Assembly: GCA_964515925.1 (NCBI GenBank)
Contig: CAZEYP010000005.1
Span: 276-64,275, forward strand
DNA length: 64,000 bases
Reading direction: 5' to 3'
Source: an uncultured Nitrospirota bacterium
GTDB lineage: Bacteria; Nitrospirota; Thermodesulfovibrionia; Thermodesulfovibrionales; JdFR-85
This document shows, in pieces, positions 48,054-56,643 of this stretch (within the stretch, counting starts at the first letter, position 1; each line of letters opens with the position of its first letter). Position numbers and translations under genes: made by a program. Below the pieces are notes generated by a model, which was not told the origin of the DNA, ran no database searches, and was given only the letters and a program-made list of their open reading frames with translations.

Positions 48054-49247
48054 ATGAAACGGATACTTGAAGATTCAGACAGATTCATAATGAACACCTA
48101 TAACAGATTCCCTGTGCTCTTTATTAAAGGAAGAGGCACTACATTGTATACAGATGACGGAAGAGAGTTTCTTGACTTTGTGGCAGGTATAGCAGTTAAT
48201 GTGCTTGGACACTGTCATCCCAGGGTTGTTGTTGCTATACAAAAACAGGCTCAACGCCTTATTCACATCTCTAACCTTTATCATATCGAGCCTCAGATAA
48301 GGCTTGCAAGGCTTCTCATCCAGAACTCCTTTGCAGACAGGGTATTTTTTTGTAATTCAGGTGCTGAGGCCATAGAGGCCGCAATTAAACTTGCAAGGAA
48401 GTATGCCCGGGACCATTACGGAGAAAATCGTTACGAAATCATCACAGCCATAAACTCATTTCATGGTAGAACACTCGGAGCTGTAACTGCTACAGGACAG
48501 GACAAGTTCCACAAGGGCTTTGAGCCTCTTGTACCAGGCTTCAAATATGTGCCATTTAATGACATCTCTGCCTTAAAACAGGCAATAAGTGACAAGACCT
48601 GTGCCATCCTTCTTGAACCAATTCAGGGTGAAGGAGGGATAAGGATTCCCTCTGACGACTACTTCAAAGAGGTAAGGAAACTTTGCGACAACCAGGGTAT
48701 TTTATTGATACTTGATGAGGTACAGACCGGCATTGGAAGAACCGGCCGACTCTTTGCTTATGAACACTTTGGCATAAAGCCAGATATAATGACACTTGCA
48801 AAGGCACTGGGTGGTGGTGTGCCAATTGGTGCCATGCTTGCCACAGAAAAGATAGCCCGTTCCTTTACCCCTGGCACTCACGCATCAACCTTTGGAGGCA
48901 ATCCACTTGTTACAAGAGCAGCTCTGGCAACACTTGAAACGGTACTCGAAGATGGTATCCTGATTAAAGAATGTGAAAGGCTTGGTGCATACTTTATGGA
49001 AAGACTATTTGAGCTTAAACAACAATACCCTGAACTGGTTGTCGATGTTAGGGGTAAAGGACTGATGATAGGTATGGAGCTTTCAAAATCCTGTGCGCAG
49101 ATCGTCAAAGAGTGTTTTGATGCTGGCATCCTGATAAACTGTACTGCTGAAAGGGTTTTAAGATTTACACCACCACTGGTCGTTACTGAGAAAGAGATAG
49201 ATAGAGTGGTAAACACCCTTGATGAAATCTTTGGGAGGCTATCATGA
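48054..49247 (+). CDS. argD: Acetylornithine aminotransferase
   Basis: 397 aa, class III aminotransferase. LILDEVQTGIGRTG and TLAKALGGG (PLP lysine). Lies upstream of argF. Confidence 0.85.
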   Translation: MKRILEDSDRFIMNTYNRFPVLFIKGRGTTLYTDDGREFLDFVAGIAVNVLGHCHPRVVVAIQKQAQRLIHISNLYHIEPQIRLARLLIQNSFADRVFFCNSGAEAIEAAIKLARKYARDHYGENRYEIITAINSFHGRTLGAVTATGQDKFHKGFEPLVPGFKYVPFNDISALKQAISDKTCAILLEPIQGEGGIRIPSDDYFKEVRKLCDNQGILLILDEVQTGIGRTGRLFAYEHFGIKPDIMTLAKALGGGVPIGAMLATEKIARSFTPGTHASTFGGNPLVTRAALATLETVLEDGILIKECERLGAYFMERLFELKQQYPELVVDVRGKGLMIGMELSKSCAQIVKECFDAGILINCTAERVLRFTPPLVVTEKEIDRVVNTLDEIFGRLS

Positions 49248-50146
49248 AAAGGGATTTTCTTAGACTCTGGGACCTTTCAGAGGATGAAATCCTCTCCCTT
49301 ATAAAAAGGGCAATTGACCTGAAAAGAGGTGTTGATGCAGGGAGATGTCCACTTATCGGAAAGAGCATCGGCCTTATATTTGAAAAACCATCCACCCGAA
49401 CAAGGGTCTCCTTTGAAGTTGGTATTTACCAGTTGGGTGCACAACCTGTTTACATGAGACCTGAAGAGATACAGCTTGGCAGAGGCGAAACAATATCTGA
49501 CACTGCAAAGGTTCTATCAAGATACCTTGATGGGATTATGATCAGAACCTTTGGTCATGAGAGGCTTGAGGAATTTGCCAGCGCATCCACTGTGCCGGTT
49601 ATCAACGGATTAAGCGACCTCCACCACCCCTGCCAGGCACTGGCTGATGTAATGACGATTTATGAGAAAAAGGGCAAACTAAAGGGTATCAAAGTTGCCT
49701 ATATCGGAGATGGAAACAATGTGGCAAACTCCCTTGTGGAGGCTGCTGGAAGGCTCGGATTTACCCTTACCCTGGCAACCCCTGAAGGTTATGAACCAGA
49801 TGCCGAGGTGCTTGAAACTGCTCGCACAGGAAAGGGAGATATAATTTTACTTAGCGACCCTAAGGAAGCAGCCGGCATGTCAGATGTTATGTATACTGAT
49901 GTCTGGGTTAGCATGGGAGAGGAATCAGAAGCTGAAAAGAAGAAAGGTAGATTCAAAAACTATCAGATAAACTCCTCACTGCTTTCCTGTGCTAAGCCTG
50001 ATGTGATAGTTATGCACTGTCTTCCTGCACACAGGGGAGAAGAGATTACCGATGAGGTAATCGACGGCCCAAACAGCGTGGTCTTCGACCAGGCTGAAAA
50101 CCGTCTCCATGCCCAGAAGGCACTAATGGAGATGCTCATTGCATAG
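49244..50146 (+). CDS. argF: Ornithine carbamoyltransferase
   Basis: 300 aa. STRTRVSFE, HPCQALAD and HCLPAHRGEE. Confidence 0.9.
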   Translation: MKRDFLRLWDLSEDEILSLIKRAIDLKRGVDAGRCPLIGKSIGLIFEKPSTRTRVSFEVGIYQLGAQPVYMRPEEIQLGRGETISDTAKVLSRYLDGIMIRTFGHERLEEFASASTVPVINGLSDLHHPCQALADVMTIYEKKGKLKGIKVAYIGDGNNVANSLVEAAGRLGFTLTLATPEGYEPDAEVLETARTGKGDIILLSDPKEAAGMSDVMYTDVWVSMGEESEAEKKKGRFKNYQINSSLLSCAKPDVIVMHCLPAHRGEEITDEVIDGPNSVVFDQAENRLHAQKALMEMLIA

Positions 50147-51785
50147 CCTTAACATTATTCCCCTTGGTGGGGTTGAAGAAATAGGGCTGAACTGTACAGT
50201 ATTTGATTGCAACCAAGACATCCTGGTGGTCGATGCAGGGTTAATGTTTCCCGAAGAAGACATGCCAGGGGTAGATATTGTTATTCCTGACTTTACCTAT
50301 CTTATTGAAAACCGTGACCGTATCAGGGCACTTATACTGACACATGGGCATGAAGATCATACTGGTGCAGTACCCTTTTTGCTGAAGGAACTTGGAAGGG
50401 AGATACCAGTATATGGAACTGCGCTTACCCTTGGTCTGCTACATGAAAAACTTATCGAACACCGGGTAAAGGCCAACCTTATAACAGTAAAGCCAAGAGA
50501 CAAAATCAGTATAGGTTGTTTTGAGGTAGAATTCATCAGGGTGACCCACAGCATTGTAGATGGTGTTGGACTTGCAATCGGTACACCTTACGGATATGTG
50601 GTGCATACAGGCGACTTCAAGTTAGACCCCACTCCTGTTGATGGAGAGCTCCTTGATTTCAACAGATTCTCCTATTACGGTGATATTGGAACGCTGGTGC
50701 TTCTTTCTGACAGCACAAACGCTGAGAAAGGCGGCTTTACCTTTTCTGAAAAAGAGGTTCGCAGGGCACTTGAAAATATATTTAGCAGGGCAACAGGAAG
50801 GATAATCATTGCTACCTTTGCCTCAAATATTCATCGAATCCAGCAGATTGTAGATGTAAGCATACAACATGGCAGAAAGCTCTCACTCTGCGGAAAAAGC
50901 ATCCTATCTAACGCAAAGATCGCCCTGGAACTCGGGTACCTGAAGATGCCTGAAGGCACATGGTTGAGGCTTCAGGATATAATGATGCTGCCTGATGAAC
51001 AGATTGTACTTATCACCACAGGCAGTCAGGGTGAACCAATGAGCGTTCTCTCAAGAATTGCCATGGATGAACACAAAGACATAAAGATAAAACCCAATGA
51101 TACGGTGGTACTTTCAGCCAAAATGATACCCGGTAATGAACGGGCAATCGGTAGGATTATTAATCATCTCTTCAGGAGAGGGGCAAATGTCTTATATGAA
51201 AAGGTTTCGGAAGTACATGTATCCGGACATGCTTCAAAGGAAGAACTGAAGTTAATGTTGAATCTGATAGGGCCTAAATACTTTGTGCCTGTTCATGGTG
51301 AATACCGACATCTTTCCTATCATGCCATGCTTGCAACCAAGCAGGGCATCCCGGAAGAAAATATCTTCATTCTCCAGAACGGAGATGTGCTGAGTATAAA
51401 CGACCAGGAAGCCTCAATCTCTGGTCATGTACATGCTGGTAGGGTGTTTATCGACGGCAAGGGTGGAATCGAGGATCTGGTCCTTCGCGACAGACGAAGG
51501 CTTGCACATGATGGCATAGTGGTTATCATTATTGGCATGGAGAAGCCGGGAAAGGTTATCATCGGACCTGACATAGTATCGAAGGGCTTTGTTATGGAAG
51601 AAAGTTCTCCAGATATTATCAACGAAATAAAAGAGGCCATATTGGAACAATTAAAAGTGCTGGACGAAGAGATACTTGAAGATAGTTCTGTATTGAAAGC
51701 TCGTCTCAGAAGCAGCGTAAAGAAATTTATACAGAAAAAGATGAACCGACGCCCCATGGTAGTGCCTATTATATTTGAAATTTAG
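50139..51785 (+). CDS. rnj: Ribonuclease J
   Basis: 548 aa. Metallo-beta-lactamase HGHEDH motif, beta-CASP layout, and an 8-nt overlap with argF. Confidence 0.9.
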   Translation: MHSLNIIPLGGVEEIGLNCTVFDCNQDILVVDAGLMFPEEDMPGVDIVIPDFTYLIENRDRIRALILTHGHEDHTGAVPFLLKELGREIPVYGTALTLGLLHEKLIEHRVKANLITVKPRDKISIGCFEVEFIRVTHSIVDGVGLAIGTPYGYVVHTGDFKLDPTPVDGELLDFNRFSYYGDIGTLVLLSDSTNAEKGGFTFSEKEVRRALENIFSRATGRIIIATFASNIHRIQQIVDVSIQHGRKLSLCGKSILSNAKIALELGYLKMPEGTWLRLQDIMMLPDEQIVLITTGSQGEPMSVLSRIAMDEHKDIKIKPNDTVVLSAKMIPGNERAIGRIINHLFRRGANVLYEKVSEVHVSGHASKEELKLMLNLIGPKYFVPVHGEYRHLSYHAMLATKQGIPEENIFILQNGDVLSINDQEASISGHVHAGRVFIDGKGGIEDLVLRDRRRLAHDGIVVIIIGMEKPGKVIIGPDIVSKGFVMEESSPDIINEIKEAILEQLKVLDEEILEDSSVLKARLRSSVKKFIQKKMNRRPMVVPIIFEI

Positions 51786-51816
51786 GCTCTATTATTTTAA
51801 AATTAATGTTATCTCT

Positions 51817-52836
51817 ATGATAAGCAACTCAAGAAAATATATATTATTGTTTGTTGCAATCTCGGCGACACTGTCCATACTCTCATGCGTTGAGATCAAA
51901 AAATCCCATCCTGTCTTAAAGATCAAAGAATACGAGCGACTCATTGCAGGCAGGCTTGATGCTGATTATGTTGGCACCCGGGCATGTCTTTCAGCCTGCC
52001 ATGCCCATGACAACATAAAGAGGGCCTTTGATGCAAGCACAATGGGGGCTCAGATGAAGGGTAACACCGGTATGCCCATGGTGGACTGTGAATCCTGCCA
52101 CGGCCCCGGAAGTCTTGCCATCAAGGGAATCACAAAGAAACTGGTTGAAGAAAACAGAAAAAGGGGGATAAAAACCACCTGTAATTACAAGACATTGATA
52201 GATATAAAAAATCTTCCAGCGCCGGCAAAGAGCCTTATCTGTCTAAAATGCCACACCGCCAATGCAACCTTCAACCTTCATGAATGGAACACTGGCATAC
52301 ACGCAATAAACGATGTCTCCTGCCCCGACTGTCATAAGATCCACAGTGGCCCTGACCTGAAGGTAAAACCGATAGATACTGCTGAGATGTGCTTTAAGTG
52401 TCATCAGGATATTCGTGCTTACTACAGCATGCCCAACCATCATCCCGTAGTTGAGAAAAAGATGTTCTGTACAGACTGTCACAACCCTCATGGCACCACA
52501 ACTGAACATCTACTGAAAAGAGAAACCGTGAGAAAGACCTGTACCCAGTGTCATGGAGAAAAACAGGGTCCCTATCTTTACGAACATGGTGACCTTACCG
52601 AGGAGTGCACAACCTGTCACCTACCCCACGGCTCACCAAATAATAATCTTCTTAAAGTCAGAGAGCCATTCCTGTGTCTTGAGTGTCATGAAACTCATAC
52701 TATAAACACCACTACAGGACAGGTCATATCAACCACAACCAAGCAGTACTTCTTCACACGTTGCACTGACTGCCACAGTTCAATACATGGCACAGACACT
52801 CCTTCTCCATCCGGAAACGGGAGGTTCATACAGTGA
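51817..52836 (+). CDS. Decahaem c-type cytochrome, MtrA/DmsE-like, with lipoprotein-type signal peptide
   Basis: Nine CXXCH motifs plus one CX3CH (CLSACH). C-terminal CTDCHSSIHG. Signal MISNSRKYILLFVAISATLSILSC. The ORF-track start at 51775 is a TTG inside the rnj end. Confidence 0.85.
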   Translation: MISNSRKYILLFVAISATLSILSCVEIKKSHPVLKIKEYERLIAGRLDADYVGTRACLSACHAHDNIKRAFDASTMGAQMKGNTGMPMVDCESCHGPGSLAIKGITKKLVEENRKRGIKTTCNYKTLIDIKNLPAPAKSLICLKCHTANATFNLHEWNTGIHAINDVSCPDCHKIHSGPDLKVKPIDTAEMCFKCHQDIRAYYSMPNHHPVVEKKMFCTDCHNPHGTTTEHLLKRETVRKTCTQCHGEKQGPYLYEHGDLTEECTTCHLPHGSPNNNLLKVREPFLCLECHETHTINTTTGQVISTTTKQYFFTRCTDCHSSIHGTDTPSPSGNGRFIQ

Positions 52837-54770
52837 AAAAGACAGTTAGGGTAATAGGCACACTGCTGGTCTTCCTTTCCTTTGGATTTACTGCAACTGC
52901 AGAGGAACTTAAGCTCCCTACCTATCCCCCTACTTATCGTCTAAGTGTTGGAACCAGTCTAAAACACCTTGCTGGAAACCCAAGGGTATCAGAGTATGAG
53001 GATACCACTGATAATATTTACCTCTTTACAGACATAAGGTCATACCCACTCCCTCACAGGTTTCATCTTTTTGGTTATTTCTCTGGTGAGCATGACTATT
53101 TTGTTGACACTGGATACGCCTACAGAGACATCCTTCTGTATAGACTTGTATCAGTCGGGTTTGTACATCATACTGACCACTATCCATACGATTTAAAAGC
53201 CCCCTCACCAGTGCAACAGTACGAAGACAGAGATCCCGATGACGATTATATGCAGGATATTAGAAAAACAAAACTGAAATTAAGACTGAAATGGCCCAAT
53301 TACCCGCTTCATTTATTCTTCCGATACTCCGATTACCACCATAAGGGCAACCTTCAGCAGCGTTTTCTGATAGGATACTTTGGTAATATGAATAAAGTTT
53401 CCCAGTCAAGGAGTCTGACTAAAGATACCAGTGAGTTCAAGATTGGCACAAATGGTCATCTTGGCCCTGTAGAGCTTGAATACTTCCATATTGAAAGACA
53501 TTTTGATTCATCAAGAGATACCATTTTACAGGATGATTATCCAGAAATAAATAGTCCTCCAATTATTTATAGACCTGCAGACATTTATCCACATAATATA
53601 TACCCTGACATTAAGGGCCATGGCGATTCGTTGAAGATTCACACCTCCTATACAGGACAGATTGTTGCATCCTACTCTGTAATGGGAGATGTCTTAAGAA
53701 ACCTCTACAGTGGAGTAAAAAGAAAGACACTTCGCTCCTCAGCAACCCTTCAGTACATGCCATCTCATATCATTGCAATGTTCTTAAGGATGAATTATCT
53801 CAACATAGAAGAATCAAACACCTCATATACAGTGCTGAGGGGGCTTCAGAATCAACTCACCTACGATGTAAGAAAATCCATAGACATTGAAAAAAAGACG
53901 GTTCATCTCATAAGCCGTATCAGACCGATAAAAGACCTCACCCTTATACCATCCTATAGTATAGAAATCAAAAAGAGAACCGATACAGAGGGATGGACAC
54001 TTTCAGAAGGAGATACAACCACCCAGAGCTACAAACTGAAGGTGCTCTCAAAACCTGTCAGGAATTTAAGCATTAGAGCTGCTTACAGTCATAGCCATAC
54101 CAAAAACCCACTCTACAACTTTATACCTGAAGACAGGGACCGAATCAAACTCTATTTTTCCTATTTACCCTTGCCTCCTGTACAATTAATCGCATCCTAT
54201 ACATTTTCACATTCCAGAAGAGGTAATGTTAGTTATTATGATGACCTTACAGGGTCCTTTTATGAAGGAAAGGACAAAAAGGGCACCCATCACTTCCTTG
54301 TTATTACTGCATCCACAACTCCTGTTTATAATCTAAGCATCACCGCTTCTGTGGGTTACTACCGTGTAAAGGAGACCTCCTGTCTTGCTTTTAAACAACT
54401 GAAGGGAGATGGCACCTTTACCTTTGTACAGCCCTTTATGGAGCATTCTGTCCCCTATAAAGACAGGGCAATTACATATATGTTAAACATAACGAGACGG
54501 TTCAGCAATAGATGGAATGTTTCAGTAGATATCTCAGCAACCTATTCTAAAGGAAGTTTCCATACATCCACCGATACCCTTTCGGGTATTGATGGGTTTT
54601 CAAAGATCAACAATCGCGACAGCACTATTAAACTCAGTTCCAGTTATAAACTACTTAAAGATACCTCTATTGGTCTTGAGTTACTTTACGAGTCTTACAG
54701 TGACAGGGTAAACCCTGATCTTAATGGAAGGTTATACAGAGGGCTGATACGGTTAACCAAAAACCTTTAA
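52833..54770 (+). CDS. Large outer-membrane beta-barrel protein, MtrB/PioB-like by context
   Basis: 645 aa. Signal peptide MKKTVRVIGTLLVFLSFGFTATA, no TM helices, Tyr/Ser/Thr-rich alternating strands. A GTGA overlap links it to the cytochrome stop. Confidence 0.6.
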   Translation: MKKTVRVIGTLLVFLSFGFTATAEELKLPTYPPTYRLSVGTSLKHLAGNPRVSEYEDTTDNIYLFTDIRSYPLPHRFHLFGYFSGEHDYFVDTGYAYRDILLYRLVSVGFVHHTDHYPYDLKAPSPVQQYEDRDPDDDYMQDIRKTKLKLRLKWPNYPLHLFFRYSDYHHKGNLQQRFLIGYFGNMNKVSQSRSLTKDTSEFKIGTNGHLGPVELEYFHIERHFDSSRDTILQDDYPEINSPPIIYRPADIYPHNIYPDIKGHGDSLKIHTSYTGQIVASYSVMGDVLRNLYSGVKRKTLRSSATLQYMPSHIIAMFLRMNYLNIEESNTSYTVLRGLQNQLTYDVRKSIDIEKKTVHLISRIRPIKDLTLIPSYSIEIKKRTDTEGWTLSEGDTTTQSYKLKVLSKPVRNLSIRAAYSHSHTKNPLYNFIPEDRDRIKLYFSYLPLPPVQLIASYTFSHSRRGNVSYYDDLTGSFYEGKDKKGTHHFLVITASTTPVYNLSITASVGYYRVKETSCLAFKQLKGDGTFTFVQPFMEHSVPYKDRAITYMLNITRRFSNRWNVSVDISATYSKGSFHTSTDTLSGIDGFSKINNRDSTIKLSSSYKLLKDTSIGLELLYESYSDRVNPDLNGRLYRGLIRLTKNL

Positions 54771-54784
54771 GGGGGCAAAAATCT

Positions 54785-55720
54785 TTGAAGACAATAAAAG
54801 CCACATTGGTATTGTTTGTTTTTCTGGGATTTATACTTTGGGCTCCTTTAAAAAATTACGCTCAGAAAACCATACAGGTAGGAGTTGTCTTCTCAACCGA
54901 TATACCTTATTATAAGGAGCTACATAAAAGATTCATAAAAATCTTAAATAATCAATTTCCTGATATTCATGTCAATGTAATCGTTCAAACTCCAAACCCG
55001 AATCCCCTTGCATGGAGCAATGCCATAAGAAAGCTACTGGTTTATGATTCCCAGATCCTGATTGTTTATGGCTCTGGAGCACTGAAGGCTGCTATTCATG
55101 AGGATGTTGATGTACCAATAATCTTTGCAGGTGCTTTCAAAACGAAACTTAATAACATTAGAGGCAAAAAACTTAGCGGTGTATTCTACAAGATACATCT
55201 AAGCAGTGTTATCAGATACATAAAAAAGATAAGGCAAACCCGACACCTTGATATTCTTTTTTCCGAAATAGAGCCATCCTCTATACAGGAGGCTAATATG
55301 TTAAAGTCACTCTGTAAGGACTTTAAAATAAACTGTTCCCTTCATGGTGTTAGTGATTACGATGAACTGTCTGATTATGTAGATAATGTCAGGGCTGATA
55401 TGGTCTTTGTGGCTGAAAGTGCACTTATTGCAAGGTTTCTTCCAGAATTTCACGAAGAGTTTAATAAAAAACTCATTCCCCTTGTAACGACTACCCCAGG
55501 TCTTGAACGAATAACTGTCTTTTCCCTTAAACCCGACATTCGATACGAAGCCAAAAGTCTTGCAGAAATCTTTGTCAATGTTATAAAGAAAAGAAAAGGT
55601 TCAAATAAAATACAAACTATAAGCAAAACCACTTTAACCTTCAATATGGGACTTGCCAAAATACTGGAGACAATGATTCCAGCAGAGCTTACATCCTACG
55701 CAGATGAGGTAATAAAATGA
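54785..55720 (+). CDS. Periplasmic binding protein (uncharacterised ABC-type substrate-binding fold), no partner permease
   Basis: 311 aa, TTG start after an AAGGGGG SD, with a signal peptide. KTIQVGVVFS... resembles the COG2984-type family. Confidence 0.5.
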   Translation: MKTIKATLVLFVFLGFILWAPLKNYAQKTIQVGVVFSTDIPYYKELHKRFIKILNNQFPDIHVNVIVQTPNPNPLAWSNAIRKLLVYDSQILIVYGSGALKAAIHEDVDVPIIFAGAFKTKLNNIRGKKLSGVFYKIHLSSVIRYIKKIRQTRHLDILFSEIEPSSIQEANMLKSLCKDFKINCSLHGVSDYDELSDYVDNVRADMVFVAESALIARFLPEFHEEFNKKLIPLVTTTPGLERITVFSLKPDIRYEAKSLAEIFVNVIKKRKGSNKIQTISKTTLTFNMGLAKILETMIPAELTSYADEVIK

Positions 55721-56610
55721 AAAAGCTGATGATGACAGTAGTGATTTCAGCAATGCTTATACAGGCAGTCTATGCTGAGACGAAGCAGCCTCTTCTAATC
55801 GGTTTAATTCCAGAGCAAAACATATTCAAACAATTTGAACGATATCTTCCTCTTGCAAGTTATCTGGATAAAAAAACAGGGATAAAGGTTAAATTTACAA
55901 TCCTGAGCAAATACGGTGATATAATTGATAGATTTACACAGAGGGGACTTGCAGGGGCATTTTTTGGTGATCTTACAGGTGCAATCGCAATCAAGAAGCT
56001 TGCAGTGGAGCCTGCTGTCACCCCGATAAATGTTTACGGTTCAAGCACATCCTATGGATTTATTATTGTCAGGAAAGACTCTGGAATATCCGGAGTAGAG
56101 GATATGCGGGGGAAAATAATGGCCTTTGTAGATAAGGCAAGCGTTGCCGGTTATTTATTCCCTATTGTTTATTTAAAGAAGCAGGGCGTTAAGGATTATA
56201 AAACCTTTTTTAGTGAATACTACTTTACTGGCGGATTTGATGCCTCGCTTTATGATGTTGTAGATGGAAGGGCAGATATAGGTTGTGTAAAAAATACCGT
56301 GCTTAACGAGATAATCCGTAAAGATCCATCGGTGATTAAAGAGATTAAGATAATCGCCCAGTCTCCTTCCATGCCAACTAATGTGCTGTGTCTGAGCAAA
56401 ACTCTTTCGCCTGAAATCAAGTCAAAGATTATCAATGCCCTGCTCGATATGGAAAACGACCCCTTTGGGGAGAATATCTTGAAAAAGATGAAGTTTAAGA
56501 GGTTTATCAGAGCCTATGAAGACAACTTTTTACCTGTTTATCGTCTTCTTTATGAAATTCACGAAAAACCAGAAACCTATGACTATAAAATCAATGATAA
56601 ACTTCAATGA
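55717..56610 (+). CDS. PhnD-like (phosphonate-type) periplasmic binding protein, no partner permease
   Basis: 297 aa with a signal peptide. Contains PLLIGLIPEQNIFKQFERYLPLASYL... and ADIGCVKN. An ATGA overlap links it to the previous gene. Confidence 0.6.
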   Translation: MKKLMMTVVISAMLIQAVYAETKQPLLIGLIPEQNIFKQFERYLPLASYLDKKTGIKVKFTILSKYGDIIDRFTQRGLAGAFFGDLTGAIAIKKLAVEPAVTPINVYGSSTSYGFIIVRKDSGISGVEDMRGKIMAFVDKASVAGYLFPIVYLKKQGVKDYKTFFSEYYFTGGFDASLYDVVDGRADIGCVKNTVLNEIIRKDPSVIKEIKIIAQSPSMPTNVLCLSKTLSPEIKSKIINALLDMENDPFGENILKKMKFKRFIRAYEDNFLPVYRLLYEIHEKPETYDYKINDKLQ

Positions 56611-56643
56611 ACTTTGCATATATTGTAACCTTAACTTAGTAAA

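Noticed and set aside
51775-51816. TTG start for the cytochrome gene overlapping the rnj end.
   Set aside because: The ATG at 51817 yields a proper signal peptide with an n-region and lipobox. The extra 14 residues (MKFRLYYFKINVIS) would bury it.
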